Positions 27,957 through 37,237 of a DNA stretch of 64,000 nt are shown in pieces (positions within the stretch are counted from its first letter, which is position 1; the number at the start of each line of letters is the position of its first letter). The notes beneath the pieces were generated by a model. That model was not told the DNA's origin. It ran no database searches and was given only the letters and a program-made list of their open reading frames with translations. The stretch is from a bacterium. Its GTDB lineage: Bacteria > Patescibacteriota > Microgenomatia > JAMCZE01. The stretch is taken from assembly GCA_021836035.1 (NCBI GenBank), contig JAKBJL010000001.1, positions 223,765-287,764 on the forward strand, written 5' to 3'. Made by a program: the position numbers and the translations under genes.

Positions 27957-28556
27957 GTGTTGAGACGGGATATCACTAACTCCAGGTTTTTCCAGGTTTT
28001 TATACCCTTTAATCTTCTGACGATGTTATTTGCCGGTTGGGGAATGCTGGAAAGCACAGTCTATTTTGGGATGACGCTCTTTAGCCGTACGGATCAGGCA
28101 CTCATAAACAAAAATGGCACAACCTTTGTCGCCATACTTACGGCCGGCACAATTTTATATTTGGCGATAAATACAATTGATAAATTAAAAACAAGATTGT
28201 TAAAAGCCCTGGTTTTTGCCGTGGCTCTTTGGCTGATGTCAGCTGTCGATATAGCGATGTTCTTTATTATCTATTTTTTGTCGAGTTTCGTTTTGGGCGA
28301 TATCCATCACATTTTATATGGCCGGGGTATTTACGGGGAACCAGAGAGCGGCTTTACACTTATGGTGGGTATCGCGGGTTTAGTTATCGTTGTCGGGGTA
28401 ACGACGTTATATTTCATAAAATTAAAAAGAAGCGGAAAAACTTTCCCGGAGACGATTAAATCATGTGCGATATTTTTCTATTTTATGATTTTTGTGACTT
28501 TACCTTTAACCATACAGCTTCTGATTACCGGCCCCGCCGCGTTTTATTCCCGGTAA
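27957..28556 (+). CDS. polytopic membrane protein, hypothetical
   Basis: Hydrophobic helices throughout. Confidence 0.4.
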   Translation: MLRRDITNSRFFQVFIPFNLLTMLFAGWGMLESTVYFGMTLFSRTDQALINKNGTTFVAILTAGTILYLAINTIDKLKTRLLKALVFAVALWLMSAVDIAMFFIIYFLSSFVLGDIHHILYGRGIYGEPESGFTLMVGIAGLVIVVGVTTLYFIKLKRSGKTFPETIKSCAIFFYFMIFVTLPLTIQLLITGPAAFYSR

Positions 28557-28710
28557 TGGATAAAGGACGAAGACGGAAAGCTGCCAAAATTGCCCAGGGC
28601 TCCTCTGGGCCTTATTGATCGGGAACCTCTAAGTACTAAAATACGTTTATCCCCGCGAACAGCCGACCCTGGAGTCACATTGGGCTCCATTATTTGCGAT
28701 AAATTTTTTT

Positions 28711-29106
28711 ATGCTTTGCGAAGGTAATGTTTTTATTGAAAATGAAACAAAAGGAGAGAATTTTGAAGGTGTCTTGTTCGAGAATTGCAGATTTAATAAT
28801 ACCAATCTTCGGTTTACCACCTTTAATAATTGTAGTTTTGAAAATTGCGATCTGTCCGGAACGTTAATGGATATTACTGGTCTCTCCAACTGCAAATTCC
28901 ACAATAGTAAACTCAGGGGCGTTGACCTTTCTCCGGCCCAGCTAAAAAACTTCGATTTCTCGGAAGCTATCCTTAGAGACTATATTTTTCAACAACCATC
29001 CGGTCGCAGTTTTCATCCGAAAACAGTCAATGGGTGTATCGGCAAACTTAGCAAAAGATTCCCCGACAGGGTCAAGGGGGCTTTTCCTGAGATATTATTC
29101 CAATGA
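28711..29106 (+). CDS. pentapeptide-repeat protein
   Basis: Tandem A(D/N)LxF-type pentapeptides: ENCRFNNTNLRFTTFNNCSFENCDLSGTLMDITGLSNCKFHNSKLRGVDLS. Confidence 0.6.
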   Translation: MLCEGNVFIENETKGENFEGVLFENCRFNNTNLRFTTFNNCSFENCDLSGTLMDITGLSNCKFHNSKLRGVDLSPAQLKNFDFSEAILRDYIFQQPSGRSFHPKTVNGCIGKLSKRFPDRVKGAFPEILFQ

Positions 29107-29180
29107 CAGTCCCGGAGCTCGCTAAGGGATGCACTGCCCGGTGCACCCTAAGGCCCTAACGGAGGGAAGCGGCCAATTCC

Positions 29181-29591
29181 CTATCCGATCGTCCGCTCGC
29201 CGGCATTTAAACGGATTTGAGAGTCAATGACCCGATGGCCCACAATGATGTCCTGTTTCGTTTGGGCGGAGAGCGATAGTTTGGCAATTTCCTTAGGGGT
29301 AAACCAGGTAAAGGAAAAGTCTTTGGTGGCCGGAAAATCTTTCAGGATTTTTGCCTCGGCATAAACAATGGTATATTTTTTCCCCTTAGCAACATATTCA
29401 TAAACCGGGCGGACTGCTCCTGCCGGCAGTTTCATTTTCAGAAGCTCCGTAATTACTTCGGTAAACCCCCCGCTATTGGTACCCCCCAACAGGGTCCATT
29501 CGGACTTTCCTGCAGAGGAATCCCGTTGTAGAAGTATTTTCTGAGACTGGGGGTGATAGAGAAATCCGCTGGAATGACGATACATAATCAA
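29181..29591 (-). CDS. hypothetical protein (weak NUDIX-like pattern)
   Basis: GGTNSGGFTEVITELLKMKL is loosely Nudix-box-like. Not conclusive. Confidence 0.3.
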   Translation of the reverse strand: MIMYRHSSGFLYHPQSQKILLQRDSSAGKSEWTLLGGTNSGGFTEVITELLKMKLPAGAVRPVYEYVAKGKKYTIVYAEAKILKDFPATKDFSFTWFTPKEIAKLSLSAQTKQDIIVGHRVIDSQIRLNAGERTIG

Positions 29592-29622
29592 TTGGCCTAT
29601 TATACTCTTCTTGACTTTTCTT

Positions 29623-29650
29623 TGACTTTTCCGGCCTTGTCTGTTATAAT
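29623..29650 (+). promoter_or_regulatory. near-consensus sigma-70 promoter TTGACT-16nt-TATAAT
   Basis: -35 TTGACT at 29623-29628 and -10 TATAAT at 29645-29650. Confidence 0.6.
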
Positions 29651-29656
29651 CTTGGC

Positions 29657-29826
29657 ACTGCTTAATCTTAAGTAAGTCTTAGTTTAGCAAGATAAAGATA
29701 CCTCAGACATTCGTTCTTTAAATTTGTATCTTTTCTCCTAAAATACTTCTCAAGCTTTTCTTAAGCAGTAATTCGCAAATATTTATTTAAATTTATAGTT
29801 GGAGCCCAACAGGGCTCCAATTTTTA
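29657..29826 (+). ncRNA. candidate small RNA (~170 nt) with 6S-RNA-like long imperfect hairpin and intrinsic terminator
   Basis: Strong promoter upstream. The 5' ACUGCUUAA pairs with the 3' UUAAGCAGU, and internal imperfect complementarity (GAUAAAGAUAC/GUAUCUUUUC) gives an extended rod. Terminator stem TTGGAGCCC-aaca-GGGCTCCAA followed by TTTTTA (29799-29826). No ORF. Confidence 0.45.
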
Positions 29827-29936
29827 TGCTGGAATAAAATTTAATGAACGCTTTCTAATTTAGGAGCCGTTCAATGACGGCGTAATTCCGTTTGCTCTCT
29901 TTACAATCAATACCGAATGGATAATGATATTTTTTT

Positions 29937-30461
29937 ATGGGCAAGCGGGGGTTAGGGTTAATTGCCGGGGGAGTTATTTTTGCCGTTGTGGTTGGCCTGG
30001 CGGCGTTTAAGTTGGGCAGCCGGCGGCCGGCGGTTAGGGAAATTATCCCCGACCCCACGCCGATAGCGGTAGTTTCTCCTGATCCCACCGTTCAACAGAT
30101 AGCGCCGGAGGAAACCGCGATGGCTTTTTACGCAAATTACGAAGATTGCCTGAAGAATCCCCCGGCGGTGGCTGCGGGGCGGGTAAGCACATACTGCCGA
30201 AGCCGTAATCCGTTTATTACGGCTGCTTTTGTAGCCAACCTGGCACAAGGCGGGATCGCCAGCGCCGGAGCGGATCCGATTGTCTGCGCCCAGAATTTCC
30301 CGACCGGTTTTAACCCCGGGATTGCTACTATATCCGGAAACCTGGCGAAGGTAGAAGTAACGGAAAATTTCGGCGGAGTAGAAAATATCAAAACTTTAAT
30401 TAACTTGTTACAGGAAAACGGCAGTTGGAAAGTGGACAAGATTATCTGCCCCAAACCCTAA
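29937..30461 (+). CDS. secreted hypothetical protein (N-terminal TM/signal anchor)
   Basis: LIAGGVIFAVVVGLAAF. Confidence 0.4.
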   Translation: MGKRGLGLIAGGVIFAVVVGLAAFKLGSRRPAVREIIPDPTPIAVVSPDPTVQQIAPEETAMAFYANYEDCLKNPPAVAAGRVSTYCRSRNPFITAAFVANLAQGGIASAGADPIVCAQNFPTGFNPGIATISGNLAKVEVTENFGGVENIKTLINLLQENGSWKVDKIICPKP

Positions 30462-30478
30462 AAACCTTCTGTAAAAAA

Positions 30479-30808
30479 TTATTTATTCTCCGTTTTATTC
30501 AATTCCGCAAGCAGGAGAAAGCCGGCATCAGTAGCGTCGGCAAGTGAGGGATAAAGTATTTCATCTCCCGTCTGGGTATTTTCAAAAGTCATCCTGCCAA
30601 CCTCGATACGAAATCCTTTGGCCCCTTGTTTAATTTTTTCGGGGGGGAGTTTCCCCGGGGGGACAAACCCACCATCGGGCCCAATATTATCCGCCTCTTC
30701 AATGAATTTCCCCGTATCGTATTCAAAAATAAAACTTTTCCCCTGGGCGATGCAGGTGATAATTAGCTGCAGTAACTTGTTTTCAACATTCTCAGGATTT
30801 TGGCTCAT
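30479..30808 (-). CDS. hypothetical protein
   Basis: 109-aa ORF. Confidence 0.35.
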   Translation of the reverse strand: MSQNPENVENKLLQLIITCIAQGKSFIFEYDTGKFIEEADNIGPDGGFVPPGKLPPEKIKQGAKGFRIEVGRMTFENTQTGDEILYPSLADATDAGFLLLAELNKTENK

Positions 30809-31413
30809 TAAAGCAGATGATAATTTATACTTTGCTTGTTTTCAAGCCTTAACGCCGGCATATTATTTTTGCTTTCCGCCGGGCTTTTCGGTTTCTCCAG
30901 ATCTTCTTTTTCCCAGAACCGGAGGGCAAATTATCGATCAAAATATTCCCCAAAAGGAATAACGGGAAATTAATTTCTACCCCGTTGGTATAAACAATTA
31001 TTGATTCCTCCGGTACATTCTCCAAGAGAAATATTTTCCCTTCTGGCTCTAAAATTGACCCGCTTACGGAAGTGAATCCCTGCGGGTTTTAGTCTCCGCC
31101 GCTGCCGCGGAGCCTGTCTGGGGAAAGAGAAACCGGGTTTATATAATGCCCGTTTTGCCCTGGCGTTTCGCGAGAGCCGGATTGCCCGCTGGCCCTTTTC
31201 CGGGCCGATTATTATCGAGGGCGAACGTGTTGTCGACAACTGGTGCCTTTTGGGCGAAGAATTCGACCTGGATACCTATAAAATTTTACAGCGGTATTTT
31301 AAAAATATTAAAAACCACAAAAAAATCCGTCGCTATCAATTTCCCCCGCGGGTTTTTTCGGCGAATTAAGGGGATATTTAATTTCCCCTGGACATCCTCT
31401 CCGGTTTTGTTTT

Positions 31414-31956
31414 ATGATAGGGCTCATGCGTTCTGGCTTGGTAATCGGCGGCAGCATTTTAGCGGTTTTAGCTATCGTCGCCGCGGTAGTTTTAGGAACT
31501 ACTTTTACCAGCCAACAGTCCCGGGAAACACCAGCTCCGCTAACGGCGGAGCTTAAGCCTACAGTATTACCGGCAAGTAACAGCGGGCAAACGGCATCGT
31601 CTTCTGATACAATTAAAACACCCATCAATATGGACGGATTAAAAATTGAGGATCTTAAGACGGGGACCGGCGCGGAAGCAGTATCCGGAAAAAAAGTTAC
31701 TGTCAACTATCTGGGAACTCTTACAAACGGCAAAAAATTTGACAGTTCCTACGACCGCGGGACTCCCTTTACTTTTAATCTCGGCGCCGGAGAGGTAATC
31801 AAAGGCTGGGACCAGGGAGTCGTCGGGATGAAGGTCGGGGGCAAAAGAAAATTAACCATTCCGCCGGAATTGGGTTACGGAGAACGCGGCGCGGGGAGTT
31901 CTATTCCTCCTAATGCTACGCTAATCTTTGAAGTAGAACTTCTCAAAGTGGAATAA
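31414..31956 (+). CDS. FKBP-type peptidyl-prolyl cis-trans isomerase, membrane-anchored
   Basis: [65 protein letters not shown] is a canonical FKBP domain. Confidence 0.85.
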   Translation: MIGLMRSGLVIGGSILAVLAIVAAVVLGTTFTSQQSRETPAPLTAELKPTVLPASNSGQTASSSDTIKTPINMDGLKIEDLKTGTGAEAVSGKKVTVNYLGTLTNGKKFDSSYDRGTPFTFNLGAGEVIKGWDQGVVGMKVGGKRKLTIPPELGYGERGAGSSIPPNATLIFEVELLKVE

Positions 31957-31970
31957 ATTTCCCCGTCAAG

Positions 31971-32303
31971 GTGGTTGCGGGGACGGCGCGAAAAACAAAT
32001 ACCGCGCCGGTAGCAGCTCCCGCCTCCGCGCAAGATGGCAATATCCAGGTAATCAAAACAGTCTATACTTACAGTAAAGATTTTGTCCTTAACCAATTTA
32101 TAGTTAAAGCCGGGCAACCGGTCGGGTTTGAAGTTGAGGCTCAGGAAGACGTTCCCGGTTGCGTGGGCAGTATTACCGTCCCGGTCTTGACAGACAAGAT
32201 AGACTTAATTAAAAGAGAAAAGACCTCCGTTTTGGAACTCACACCGGTCAAAACGGGAAAATACCCATTACCCGTGCGATGGGAGTGCCCAGAGGAGGGA
32301 TAA
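31971..32303 (+). CDS. hypothetical protein, possibly cupredoxin-like; may start upstream with a non-ATG codon
   Basis: Beta-rich, with Cys in PGCVGS and WECPEEG. Lies upstream of the copper locus. Confidence 0.3.
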   Translation: MVAGTARKTNTAPVAAPASAQDGNIQVIKTVYTYSKDFVLNQFIVKAGQPVGFEVEAQEDVPGCVGSITVPVLTDKIDLIKREKTSVLELTPVKTGKYPLPVRWECPEEG

Positions 32304-32337
32304 CAGTAAAGCAGCAAATCAGTAAATCAATAAAAAG

Positions 32338-32517
32338 ATGATAACGAATTTTCAACTAAAAAATTTAAACCGTGAAGCACGTAAAAAGATTAGCGAAATG
32401 AAAATCGGGCAAATCCCCGGCGTGGAAAAGGTGAAGGCGGATTTAAATACCGGCCGGGAGATTTCTAAGGAAGAAGTTGGGGCGTCATTATCGGGTACAG
32501 ATTACCGGGTTATGTAA
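32338..32517 (+). CDS. small HMA-fold-like protein lacking the CxxC metal-binding motif (59 aa; absent from the ORF track because <60 aa)
   Basis: [47 protein letters not shown] follows the HMA beta-alpha-beta-beta-alpha-beta pattern, with NREA in place of CxxC. Its stop abuts the copA start. Confidence 0.35.
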   Translation: MITNFQLKNLNREARKKISEMKIGQIPGVEKVKADLNTGREISKEEVGASLSGTDYRVM

Positions 32518-32519
32518 CT

Positions 32520-34895
32520 ATGGCAAAACGGACCCAATTATCTTTATCGGGGATGCATTGCGCCTCCTGCGCGCTGCTAATAGAAAAATCGCTGCAGGAT
32601 ACCAAGGGGGTAAACTCCGCGCATGTTAATTTCGCGGCGGAGAAAGCCCTCGTGGATTTTAACGAAAGTGACGCCAGCGAGGAAGATTTAGTTGCCGCTG
32701 TAGAAAAAGCCGGTTATCAAGCTTCGGTCTACAATTCCCAAAATGCCGAGGCCGAAACACACCACCACCATGAAGAAATTGCCGGGCAGTTTCGTAAGTT
32801 CGTTGCCAGCCTGTTACTCTCTTTACCCATGGCCTATTTTATGCTGCTGGATTTCTTTCCCGGTCTGCCCGGCGGCGGAATTTTGCCTCCCTATGCCGGG
32901 CTTATTTCCCTGATTCTTGTGACACCGGTGCAGTTTATTATCGGCCGGCAATTTTACCAGGGCGCCTGGTCGGCTCTCAGAATGCGGACATTTAACATGG
33001 ATTCCCTGATTGCCATCGGAACCTCGGTAGCTTACTTCTATAGTTATCTGAGTTTTATCCGCTATTTTGTCGTAACGGGTTCATTGGTCGGGTTGAACGG
33101 AGCTAAAATTCCGGATTTATATTTTGAAACAGCGGCCTTCCTGGTTACTTTTGTTATTTTAGGGAAGTTTCTGGAAGCAAAAGCTAAAGGAAGAACCTCT
33201 GATGCCATAAAGAAGCTAATGGGACTGCAGGCGAAAACAGCAAGGGTTAAACGGCCGGGGGATAGGGGCGAGTGGCGGGAAAGGGATATCCCGATTGAGG
33301 AAGTAAAAACGGGGGACATCGTGATGGTCAGGCCCGGGGAAAAGATTCCCGTGGACGGTACTATTATTAAAGGCTCTTCGGCGGTGGATGAATCAATGGT
33401 TACGGGTGAAAGTTTGCCGGTAGAAAAACAGGCAAGCGATATGGTTATCGGCGGGACGATGAACAAAACCGGCAGCTTTGAATTTAAAGCAACCCGGGTC
33501 GGATCGGAAACCACACTGTCGCAGATAATTAAACTGGTGGAAGACGCCCAGGGCTCTAAGGCGCCGATCCAGGATTTTGCTGACCGGATTTCGGCCTACT
33601 TTGCTCCCGCCGTGATCGGAATTGCCCTGTTTTCTTTTGTAGTGTGGTACATTTTCTTAGGAGCTCCCCTGTCTTTTGCCCTGATGGCTTTCACGGCGGT
33701 GATCGTTATTGCCTGCCCCTGCGCTTTGGGTTTGGCAACGCCCACGGCCATCATGGTCGGGACCGGTAAGGGGGCGGAAAACGGCATTTTGGTTAAGGGA
33801 GGGGTACCGCTGGAAGCGGCCTGTAAAATAAACACCCTTGTTTTTGATAAAACGGGCACTTTAACCAAGGGAAAACCGGAAGTGACGGATATGATAGCGA
33901 CCGGGGGTAGGAAGTTAGGGACCGTTAACTTATTAAAAATCGCGGCGTCGTTAGAGAGGAAATCGGAACACCCCCTGGCGGAAGCTATTGCGGAAAAAGC
34001 AAAAAGTAGGGGATTAACCCTACGCGATACTAAAGAGTTTAAAGCCATACCGGGGCGCGGTGTGACCGGAAAAATCGGTAAGCAGGTTTACTATTTGGGG
34101 AACCGCAAACTAATCAGCGAAAACGCCGAATTAAAATTGGGAGATTTTGAAAAGCAATTAAAAATATGGGAAGACCATGGCAAGACGGCGATGATTTTAG
34201 CTGACAGGAAAAATATATTGGGGGCAATCGCGGTAGCGGATACGGTTAAAGAAACTTCGAAAGAGGCAGTAGCCGGTTTGCAGAAAATGGGTATTGAAAC
34301 CTGGATGATCACCGGGGATAACGTCCGGACCGCCAAGGCCATTGCCGACCAGGTAGGAATTACCCAAGTGTTAGCCGAAGTTCTCCCCGAAGACAAAGCA
34401 AACGAAGTCAAAAAACTACAGGAAACGGGGAAGAAGGTGGGGATGGTCGGTGACGGCCTTAACGATGCTCCGGCGCTCGCGCAGGCGGATCTGGGGATTG
34501 TTATGGGCAGCGGTACCGACGCGGCGATGGAAACCGGCGGGATAGTGATTATTAAAAACGACCTGCGGGATGTGGTTAACGCCATCGATTTATCAAAAGA
34601 AACCGTGGGAAAAATAAAACAAAATATGTTTTTCGCCCTTTTTTATAACGTAATCGGGATCCCCGTAGCCGCGAGAGCTTTTATGTTTGCCGGTTTGGTT
34701 TTAAAGCCGGAACTGGCAGGGTTAGCCATGGCTTTAAGCTCTATTTCGGTAGTAAGTAATTCTCTGCTGTTGCGCCGCTACGTCCCCGGACGAAAAAATT
34801 ACCTTTCCGCGATCGCGCCGTTTGCTATGGTTCTTGCTTTTACTTTCCTTTTTATCCAATTCGCCCGCTTTAGTTCCGGGGTGGCCGCAAAATAG
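32520..34895 (+). CDS. copA: copper-translocating P1B-type ATPase
   Basis: N-terminal [18 protein letters not shown], His-rich HHHHEE, CPC motif [28 protein letters not shown]. Confidence 0.9.
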   Translation: MAKRTQLSLSGMHCASCALLIEKSLQDTKGVNSAHVNFAAEKALVDFNESDASEEDLVAAVEKAGYQASVYNSQNAEAETHHHHEEIAGQFRKFVASLLLSLPMAYFMLLDFFPGLPGGGILPPYAGLISLILVTPVQFIIGRQFYQGAWSALRMRTFNMDSLIAIGTSVAYFYSYLSFIRYFVVTGSLVGLNGAKIPDLYFETAAFLVTFVILGKFLEAKAKGRTSDAIKKLMGLQAKTARVKRPGDRGEWRERDIPIEEVKTGDIVMVRPGEKIPVDGTIIKGSSAVDESMVTGESLPVEKQASDMVIGGTMNKTGSFEFKATRVGSETTLSQIIKLVEDAQGSKAPIQDFADRISAYFAPAVIGIALFSFVVWYIFLGAPLSFALMAFTAVIVIACPCALGLATPTAIMVGTGKGAENGILVKGGVPLEAACKINTLVFDKTGTLTKGKPEVTDMIATGGRKLGTVNLLKIAASLERKSEHPLAEAIAEKAKSRGLTLRDTKEFKAIPGRGVTGKIGKQVYYLGNRKLISENAELKLGDFEKQLKIWEDHGKTAMILADRKNILGAIAVADTVKETSKEAVAGLQKMGIETWMITGDNVRTAKAIADQVGITQVLAEVLPEDKANEVKKLQETGKKVGMVGDGLNDAPALAQADLGIVMGSGTDAAMETGGIVIIKNDLRDVVNAIDLSKETVGKIKQNMFFALFYNVIGIPVAARAFMFAGLVLKPELAGLAMALSSISVVSNSLLLRRYVPGRKNYLSAIAPFAMVLAFTFLFIQFARFSSGVAAK

Positions 34896-34938
34896 ATACA
34901 ATGTTATACTGGTTCTCGTGAGGAATTTCTTTCTGGGG

Positions 34939-35487
34939 ATGGCCGCGGTAATAATTATCGGCGCGGTTGCCGCCGGTGCTTATTTGCTCGGTAAGTCGGG
35001 GCGGACAATAACTTCCCTAGTCGCTCCCGATAAGGAAACAAATCGGCAGATTGCCAATACTCCGGTTCCTTCTCCCACGGGACAGATGCTGGGGGGTGAC
35101 CGCGATGAACACGGCTGCATCCCTTCGGCGGGTTATTCCTGGTGTGAAAGTAAACAAAAATGTTACCGCCCCTTTGAAGAAGGTTGCCCGGCGGCAAACG
35201 ATAGTGAATTAATAAGGCAGGCTTTATTTAAGAAGAATAATTGGCCGGAAAATAATAGTATCGCCGTGACAATTTCTTTTAATGACGGTCGGTATGCCAA
35301 GGGAACGGTTGCTTCTCAGGGCGGCGGCGGATATGTTTTTGCTGCCAAAGTTAACGGCGCCTGGCAGATTGTAACTGACGGTAACGGGGTAATTTCCTGC
35401 TCGGCTCTGACCGCTTTCCCCGACTATCCGACAACTTTAATCCCCGAGTGCTACGACCAATCTACCGGCAAAGAGGTCAAAAGATAA
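34939..35487 (+). CDS. secreted Cys-rich hypothetical protein
   Basis: TM/signal MAAVIIIGAVAAGAYLLG. Several Cys (CIPSAGYSWCESKQKCYRPFEEGCP). The track ORF start at 34822 overlaps copA. Confidence 0.4.
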   Translation: MAAVIIIGAVAAGAYLLGKSGRTITSLVAPDKETNRQIANTPVPSPTGQMLGGDRDEHGCIPSAGYSWCESKQKCYRPFEEGCPAANDSELIRQALFKKNNWPENNSIAVTISFNDGRYAKGTVASQGGGGYVFAAKVNGAWQIVTDGNGVISCSALTAFPDYPTTLIPECYDQSTGKEVKR

Positions 35488-35677
35488 ACCCGGCATTTAT
35501 TCTCTTTATCCATAATGTTTCCATGAATTGCTTGGTGGAAAGAAAACCGGAAGCGATCATGGACCGGACTACTAGGGGGCTGTCGAGCGGCTCCTCCCGG
35601 GTTTATCAGTAATTGACGAAACTATTACCCGGCTCATTCCCAACTCTAATACTTCTCTGTCATAAAAGAGTGGCTTT

Positions 35678-35992
35678 ATGCTGGGAATACTGCTGGTTGT
35701 TCTTATTATCCTTTGGATTCTGGGCTATATTACTATACCCGGAATCGTGATCCCCGCTTTTCCCCTGTTCTTTCTTAACGGCCATCCCGTTACGCTCTGG
35801 GACTTATTAGTTTTTGCCGTTATTGTTTGGGTGGCCGGCATTATGCCGAGTCCGCTGCGGGAAATTATCTGGGTGATTGTCATTTTATGGATTCTGGCTG
35901 CCTTGGGAATTTTAGCTTTTGCCGGCCTGTCGACAATTCTGATTCTAGCCGTGATTATCGGTTTGCTCCTTTCGCTTTTCCATGCCGCCTGA
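35678..35992 (+). CDS. small membrane protein with internally duplicated ILWILxxxGI segments
   Basis: Two similar hydrophobic halves. Confidence 0.4.
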   Translation: MLGILLVVLIILWILGYITIPGIVIPAFPLFFLNGHPVTLWDLLVFAVIVWVAGIMPSPLREIIWVIVILWILAALGILAFAGLSTILILAVIIGLLLSLFHAA

Positions 35993-36050
35993 TCCGCAGC
36001 AACGCGTATCTTCAGCTGCTATTCAGTTTAATTTCGTAATTTACAAGCCA

Positions 36051-36488
36051 ATGAAAAGATTCGGGCTATCGGCGTTGGTAATTGTATCCTTTCTCTTTTA
36101 CGCCGCCCACCGGCAGACGGAAGGCAGTAGCGCGCTGGGTGGCGTGGCATCCCAATTGCCGTTAACTACGCCGCCTGCCGGGCAAAACCCCACTCCGGTC
36201 GGCAGAACTTATAAAGACGGGACTTATACCGGCGACCCCGCAGACGCATACTATGGGAATGTACAGGTAAAAGCGACGGTTGCCGGCGGCAAAGTTACCG
36301 AAGTGCAGTTTTTAGATTATCCCCACGACCGACGGACTTCGCAGATGATTAATATGATGGCGACGCCATTATTGCGTTCGGAAGCGATTCAGACGCAGAC
36401 CGCCCAGGTAGATATTATTTCCGGCGCGACGCAGACCAGCCAAGCCTTTATCGCTTCTCTCGGGTCAGCCCTTAGCCAAGCACAATAA
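36051..36488 (+). CDS. extracytoplasmic FMN-binding domain protein (flavinylation target)
   Basis: A DIISGATQTS motif, the Dxx(S/T)GA(T/S) flavinylation site type. N-terminal signal/TM LSALVIVSFLFYAA. Confidence 0.7.
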   Translation: MKRFGLSALVIVSFLFYAAHRQTEGSSALGGVASQLPLTTPPAGQNPTPVGRTYKDGTYTGDPADAYYGNVQVKATVAGGKVTEVQFLDYPHDRRTSQMINMMATPLLRSEAIQTQTAQVDIISGATQTSQAFIASLGSALSQAQ

Positions 36489-36490
36489 AC

Positions 36491-37237
36491 ATGAAACAGA
36501 CCCGCGACCTTTGGAATATGCCGATTACCGTGGAAATCGTTGCCCCCCGCGTTCCGGCGCTTATTTGGGACCGGGTCTATGATTATTTCCGTTTTATTGA
36601 CCGCAAGTTCAGTACCTATAAGCGGGCTTCGGAGATCAGCTTAATCAACCGCGGCGAATTAGCTCCGGAACAATATAGTCCGGAAATGAAGGAAGTGCTG
36701 CAGTTGGCGGAGCGGACCCGGCGGGACACTCTGGGCTTTTTTGATATCCGGGAGGGGGAAAGACTGGATCCCCTGGGCTTAGTTAAGGGTTGGGCGGTCT
36801 TTCGGGCGGCTAAAACCCTGCGGGGCGAAGGTTTCTCCAATTTCTATATTGAAGCAGGCGGGGATATCGAAGCCTCCGGAGTGAATAACCGGGATAAGCC
36901 CTGGAAAATCGGGATCCGTAACCCCTTTAATAAAACGGAAATTGTTAAAGTGGTTTACCTAAAAGACCGGGGTATTGCTACTTCCGGCAATTATGAAAGG
37001 GGCCGGCATATCCGTAACCCCCTGAACGGCAAATGGGCCGAAGGGATTGCCAGTGTAACGGTTATCGGCCCGAATGTCTACGAGGCGGACCGTTTTGCCA
37101 CGGCCGCTTTTGCCATGGGCCCCCGGGGAATAAATTTTTTAGCGACCTGTCCCGCCTTGGCGGGCTATATGATCGAGAACAACGGCCGGGCGGTTTATAC
37201 CAGCAATTTCCAGAAATATTTAACGGAAGATGCGTGA
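36491..37237 (+). CDS. apbE: ApbE-family FAD:protein FMN transferase
   Basis: FSTYKRASEISLINRGE and GIRNPFNK...GIATSGNYERG are ApbE signatures. Confidence 0.65.
   Translation: MKQTRDLWNMPITVEIVAPRVPALIWDRVYDYFRFIDRKFSTYKRASEISLINRGELAPEQYSPEMKEVLQLAERTRRDTLGFFDIREGERLDPLGLVKGWAVFRAAKTLRGEGFSNFYIEAGGDIEASGVNNRDKPWKIGIRNPFNKTEIVKVVYLKDRGIATSGNYERGRHIRNPLNGKWAEGIASVTVIGPNVYEADRFATAAFAMGPRGINFLATCPALAGYMIENNGRAVYTSNFQKYLTEDA

Noticed and set aside
30970-31556. Arg-rich 89-aa antisense ORF and overlapping 136-aa + ORF in the long gap before the FKBP gene
   Set aside because: Mutually overlapping, compositionally odd (poly-Arg/Pro) and without motifs. They are treated as non-coding, and the start-less frame is listed separately as a low-interest finding.
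33062-34585. Three 150-164-aa minus-strand ORFs inside copA, and a 185-aa one inside the 37230..38744 gene
   Set aside because: They are antisense shadows within high-confidence genes of a GC-richer region, with low-complexity Ala/Ser/Pro-rich translations.
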